A stretch of DNA of 64,000 bases, taken from the IMG/VR virus record IMGVR_UViG_3300044797_000396, positions 26,551-90,550 of that record; one strand, written 5' to 3'. A model generated the notes under the pieces. The model saw only the letters and a list, made by a program, of their open reading frames with translations, ran no database searches and had not been told where the DNA came from. A program made the translations under genes and the position numbers. The stretch comes from a virus. Shown one piece after another: positions 59,854 through 64,000 of the stretch. How positions within the stretch are numbered: position 1 is the stretch's first letter; each line of letters begins with the position of its first letter.

Positions 59854-60633
59854 ATGAAGCGTGTAGTCGCCCTAATTTTTACAATTTTATTTTTAATCTT
59901 AATTTGTGCCCCGGCCAGCTCCCAAAATAGAGAAAATTCGCGTGAGTTAGTGGCACAAGAATTGCACACCGCTCTTATAGAAACGCCGCATTGCCCCGAT
60001 AATATGGTGGAAATTGATGGCGATTATTGTCCCAACGTACAAGAAATTTGTTTGAAATGGCTTGACACTACCCAAATGAGATGCGCAGAATTTAAGCAAC
60101 CATCTACCTGTTTATCCAAGGAGCGTAAGCATCTACATTTTTGTATGTCCAAATTTGAATATCCTGGAACGGAGGGAAGTTATCCTTTGGTAGGTATGGA
60201 TTATTACGAAGCTAAGGAAATTGCCGAAAAAGACGGTAATCGCTTATGCACCAAAGAAGAATTCAATTTTGCCTGCGAAGGAGAAGACATTCATCCGTAT
60301 GGATATGGAGATGGATTTCATAGAGACAGCAATATTTGTAATATAGATAAGCCTTGGATAGATTATGGTAAGTTTGATCAATCAAGCTGGAATGATCCGG
60401 GAGGTGGGCTGTATCAAGCAGTTAGATCAGAAAGTGTAAGTTTATGTAAATCAGATTTTGGAATTTACAATCTAAATGGTAATGTTGATGAAATTTTAGA
60501 TTCCGAGCATAGTAAAAATGTAGTCTTGTCTGGCGGATATTGGTCTACGGTTAGGTCGCGATGTCGCCCAACTACCGATGCACATAATAAATATTTTAGT
60601 TTCTATCAAATAGGTTTTAGAGAGTGTAAATGA
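59854..60633 (+). CDS. Exported FGE-sulfatase (SUMF1-like) domain protein
   Basis: Signal peptide; CP.NMV.I.G, RLCT.EE..FAC, SDFGIYNLNGNVDE, GGYW, GFREC. Confidence 0.78.
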   Translation: MKRVVALIFTILFLILICAPASSQNRENSRELVAQELHTALIETPHCPDNMVEIDGDYCPNVQEICLKWLDTTQMRCAEFKQPSTCLSKERKHLHFCMSKFEYPGTEGSYPLVGMDYYEAKEIAEKDGNRLCTKEEFNFACEGEDIHPYGYGDGFHRDSNICNIDKPWIDYGKFDQSSWNDPGGGLYQAVRSESVSLCKSDFGIYNLNGNVDEILDSEHSKNVVLSGGYWSTVRSRCRPTTDAHNKYFSFYQIGFRECK

Positions 60634-61283
60634 AACTACACGATTTCCTTCACCATCGAGAAACATGTCCCTCCTGCCAGTATCCTTTGCTTACTAGGTT
60701 TTTGCCTCGCAAACAATCTATCAAATATGAAGATGATTATATAGTTATCGTCACGGATATGTTTAGTATTAAAAAAAATCAACCTGATTATAAAGTGGGT
60801 TATTCAATGTCTTTACAGAATAATTCTTTTCATATTGAGTTTTTTACCAAAGAAGGGGTAAGGTTTGATAAAGAAATACCCATTCATTTAATTGAGAAGT
60901 TTAGAGAGCTGGATCGCTACTTAGCAGGAATGTATGTTTTTTATAGAACTTGCGGCAATTGTTTTAAGTATACCTCTTCTACCTCTCCTATCAATTTCGA
61001 TTTTTCTTCCTCTACTTTTGAGGAATTAGAATTACGTTATGAAAGTTTTTGTTTATCTGTTCCTATAAAGGATGACGACAAAGTCAAAATTATGGTGCTA
61101 TGTAATTTTACCGATAAAAGAGACCCTGAGAGTATCGTTTATTATTGGAGGGGAAATGAGACTGAAGCCCGATGTGACAAGCAGTATTCTGCTCATGCTC
61201 AGTTTCTAAGTTTGCCTCGCATCCCGTTTGTTTCAGTAGAAGAAACCACCAAGCGCCTGAGTGGACTTTTAACTTTTGCTTAA
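60630..61283 (+). CDS. Zn-binding hypothetical protein, C-terminal tag variant (RLSGLLTFA)
   Basis: CPSC..CGNC; distant paralog of 63359..64000 (SLP.IP near end). Confidence 0.68.
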   Translation: MKLHDFLHHRETCPSCQYPLLTRFLPRKQSIKYEDDYIVIVTDMFSIKKNQPDYKVGYSMSLQNNSFHIEFFTKEGVRFDKEIPIHLIEKFRELDRYLAGMYVFYRTCGNCFKYTSSTSPINFDFSSSTFEELELRYESFCLSVPIKDDDKVKIMVLCNFTDKRDPESIVYYWRGNETEARCDKQYSAHAQFLSLPRIPFVSVEETTKRLSGLLTFA

Positions 61284-61795
61284 AGAAATGCACTAAGTTT
61301 CTGGATACCCTGAAACCATCGAAGGATATCTGCTACTTTTTCTATGGAGACGTTATGAGCTTCGTTGCTCTTCCCAAAATATTTGACCCAAGCACAACTA
61401 GTGAAACGATTGTCCTTATCAAAACGTACGGGAAAATCCATTTTGCAGGGCATACCATTGGGGGTCTGATTTCGCTCTTCCCAAACCTTAAAAGAAGCGG
61501 TCATCTTTTCATCTTTTTCGTCAGGGGAGCTTAGCAATCGTGTAATATGAAGCTTGAACTTACCCACCTTGAAATTGGTAAAAAGCAGGACTTGCTTTCT
61601 AATCTCACTTGATGTGACATGAGTGAGGTCGATAGTGGCGTGACTTTGAGATTGGATAATTTTTTCTTTTGCCTCTGGTTCGGCCGGAATCCATTCCATT
61701 TTGCTAGTGTTATAGTCATCCAGGGCGTCATCATATTGTTGTTCTGCCAGCTTCTGACAAAGCTCAAAATATTCTTTACTAGTAAATGAATTCAT
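61280..61795 (-). CDS. Hypothetical protein with C-terminal tag (IQKLSAFL)
   Basis: 171 aa, convergent with 60630 gene, stops overlap in TTAA. Confidence 0.68.
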   Translation of the reverse strand: MNSFTSKEYFELCQKLAEQQYDDALDDYNTSKMEWIPAEPEAKEKIIQSQSHATIDLTHVTSSEIRKQVLLFTNFKVGKFKLHITRLLSSPDEKDEKMTASFKVWEERNQTPNGMPCKMDFPVRFDKDNRFTSCAWVKYFGKSNEAHNVSIEKVADILRWFQGIQKLSAFL

Positions 61796-61835
61796 TATAT
61801 AATATACTGCATTATTACTAAACCAGCATTATCGT

Positions 61836-62498
61836 ATGCGACCCAACAAGCTGCTAAGATTTGCTAATATATTCTATTCTTTGGCCACTGGGGAAGAGTT
61901 GCCGGCTAATTCAAGCGATCTTAAAACTGTCTTGGCAAATCTAGAAAAATTAGAAACCTATGCAGCGCGTAAGAAGTATGCCGAAGCCAATTTAGAACAT
62001 TTAAGTTCAGGTTCAAGCCGCATTACCTACTTGACACCTGATAAAACAGTGATTAAGCTGGCTAAAAACGATCGTGGGCTAGCTCAAAACAAAGAAGAGG
62101 TGGCTGCTAATTCTAAATGCAATTCCAAATATCTCAATAAGGTATTGAAAAACGTTTCTAATTACTATTGGATCGAAGTCCCCTTTTTAGATAAAATCAC
62201 AGAAAAAAAGTTCAAGGAGATGACAGGGATAGACTTCGATGATTTTGGAGAGGCACTCAGATATTCATTAAGAAGTATCTCTGGCAACACCGATAAAGAA
62301 AAGCCCAGTGATTATGAGGAGATTACTAAGTCCGATTTATTCAAGGAGATTAGCGATATTGGGAAGAAGCTTGACCTGATGCCTGGGGATTTGGCTCGTA
62401 TTTCTTCTTGGGGCGTCAAAGAGGGTAATCCCGTTCTTATAGACTGTGGATTAACTAAAAAAGTTTTCGCGGACCACTATGAAGGAACATCATCTTAA
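61836..62498 (+). CDS. Protein-kinase-like fold protein
   Basis: SSGSSRITY (Gly loop), VIKLA, QNKEE, GDL...SWG, VLIDCG; catalytic loop degenerate. Confidence 0.6.
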   Translation: MRPNKLLRFANIFYSLATGEELPANSSDLKTVLANLEKLETYAARKKYAEANLEHLSSGSSRITYLTPDKTVIKLAKNDRGLAQNKEEVAANSKCNSKYLNKVLKNVSNYYWIEVPFLDKITEKKFKEMTGIDFDDFGEALRYSLRSISGNTDKEKPSDYEEITKSDLFKEISDIGKKLDLMPGDLARISSWGVKEGNPVLIDCGLTKKVFADHYEGTSS

Positions 62499-62504
62499 GG
62501 TAGT

Positions 62505-63362
62505 ATGAAAAATACCAGAGTGTGTATAATTTATTTGTTAATCAACAAAATTAATGGTAAGGTATACGTTGGCCAAACTTGGAGACCATTAAAAGATAGA
62601 TTTGGAACAAATGGCAAAAACTACAAAGCCTGTAATTATTTGTATGCTGCCATTGAAAAATATGGGTGGGAGAATTTCGACCATAGAAAACTAACAATAG
62701 AATTATCTCAAGAAGGTGCTAATGCAGCCGAGGATTTTTACATTAAAATGTATAAAAGCAGAAATCCTCATTATGGTTATAATATAAGGGGTGGTGGTTC
62801 TACAGGTCAGCTCTCGGAGGAAACAAAGAAAATTCTATCTATTCTGAACAGTGGAGAAAATAATAATTTTTTCGGTAAAACTCATACGACAGAAAGTAAG
62901 CAAAAAGTTTCGGAAAATACAAAATTATACCATTTGATGGGCGCTTATGATCTGAAAAATGAAGAACAAAAAAGATTTACTGATATTGAAGAAAGAGAAA
63001 TAGTTCGTTTATATGAAACAGGCACTATATCTATAAAAGATCTCTTGGACAAGTATAATTTTTCTTATACAGTTTTTAATAAGATTAGGGAGAAATTCGG
63101 TCTTGAAACTATTCTTCAACCTAAGAGTGAAGAGCATATAGATAAATTAAAGGGCAATATTAATATTGCGAGACAAGCTCATGTTAAAAAGGCGGAAGAA
63201 AACACACTGGAATCTATCAAAATAGCGGTAGATTTGAGAAAAGAGGGATTACTGCAAAAAGATATTGCTGCCGCAATGAATATTACGCAGGTCAGGGTTT
63301 CGCAGCTTCTAATTCAAGCTGGACTTAGAACAGAGACTAAACGTAATAGAAAGAAAAAATGA
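62505..63362 (+). CDS. GIY-YIG homing endonuclease with NUMOD3-like repeat
   Basis: IIYLLINKINGKVYVGQT, R, AIEKYGWENF, E, GYNI..GG, NNFFGKTHT.ESKQK. Confidence 0.88.
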   Translation: MKNTRVCIIYLLINKINGKVYVGQTWRPLKDRFGTNGKNYKACNYLYAAIEKYGWENFDHRKLTIELSQEGANAAEDFYIKMYKSRNPHYGYNIRGGGSTGQLSEETKKILSILNSGENNNFFGKTHTTESKQKVSENTKLYHLMGAYDLKNEEQKRFTDIEEREIVRLYETGTISIKDLLDKYNFSYTVFNKIREKFGLETILQPKSEEHIDKLKGNINIARQAHVKKAEENTLESIKIAVDLRKEGLLQKDIAAAMNITQVRVSQLLIQAGLRTETKRNRKKK

Positions 63363-64000
63363 CAGATTTTTTCTTTACTTACCTTCGTGATGCTATCGCT
63401 TATCAGACACACTGCCCTATCTGCTTTACCAAACTAAAAATGGATGAAAATGACGCAACTATCCACAAACAGTTTCTCCAACTCCGTTCACAAAGCACTA
63501 TTGTATGGGTTATAGAGAGTGGTGAGTTGGTAGTCAATTTAGAAACTAACGAAATAGAGAAGGTGTCTAAAATTAAAGAAGCGACACCCATTTATGGAGT
63601 GGGCTATCATAGTAGTATGTCTTATACAACCGCACACCAATCTACTAGTGGTAAAATGTTTGTTAAACTTAGTATGGATTGTGAAGATTGTGGCCAATAC
63701 TTTTTTACCATACAAATGTTGGTAGATATTGGTGAAACAAAAATCGAATTCATTAGGCTCAATTCCGAGCATTTATCCGTAGAGGATGAGAGTGGCACTC
63801 TCCACGAAATCAGAAATGTTTATACCACTGGTAAAACTGAGTATAATCGCATTACCAAAACCGTTCGTCCAGGCTCTCCCAAAAGAGAGTTGACCGTCAC
63901 TTATGAAGGTGATATAGTTAGTTTGCCACTTATTCCGCTGGACTTACAGCATCCTAAAAAGACATTAGAGAGAATTAAAACTCTAATTTTATTTAGTTGA
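63359..64000 (+). CDS. Zn-binding hypothetical protein, C-terminal tag variant (RIKTLILFS)
   Basis: CPIC..CEDC; stop TGA at 63998-64000. Confidence 0.68.
   Translation: MTDFFFTYLRDAIAYQTHCPICFTKLKMDENDATIHKQFLQLRSQSTIVWVIESGELVVNLETNEIEKVSKIKEATPIYGVGYHSSMSYTTAHQSTSGKMFVKLSMDCEDCGQYFFTIQMLVDIGETKIEFIRLNSEHLSVEDESGTLHEIRNVYTTGKTEYNRITKTVRPGSPKRELTVTYEGDIVSLPLIPLDLQHPKKTLERIKTLILFS

Noticed and set aside
421-63772. Many 60-190 aa ORFs antisense to or nested in long genes (e.g. 421..870, 15931..16476, 45820..46386)
   Set aside because: Shadow ORFs of well-supported genes with no motifs or start signals.
1-64000. Alternative genetic code (stop-codon reassignment) as in some jumbo phages
   Set aside because: TAA, TGA and TAG all terminate intact conserved genes and coding density is high under the standard code.

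Overview
Gene-dense, AT-rich fragment of a large (jumbo-type) tailed dsDNA phage genome, standard genetic code, with no rRNA, tRNA or CRISPR seen. It contains virion/baseplate and tail-fibre genes, a sugar-modification cluster (three glycosyltransferases plus RmlB-like dehydratase), a tubulin/FtsZ-family GTPase, GH25 and M23 lytic enzymes, and a replication module (SF2 helicase, DnaC-like, DnaB). It also has a sigma70-type factor, nucleotide metabolism genes (nrdAB, thyX, dut, guaC/guaB-like, HD hydrolase), host-like genes (phoH, map, infA, SET, macro, kinase-like) and five free-standing homing-type endonucleases. The main unexplained signal is that 22 small, mostly unrelated accessory proteins on both strands end in the same C-terminal helix, [RK]-hydrophobic-x-x-[LMN]-x-x-F-x-stop (most often R-x-x-KLKAF[LIVW]). 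It is conserved at protein level, not DNA level, and is absent from every recognisable enzyme and structural protein, so it looks like a phage-wide C-terminal address or docking tag. Other signals are a fixed-spacing leaderless promoter-like motif before six genes, a second GATATA upstream motif, a second shared terminal helix in three putative late proteins, strong DGY enrichment in virion proteins, and a candidate structured RNA. All functional calls are from motif recognition by eye; no searches were run.
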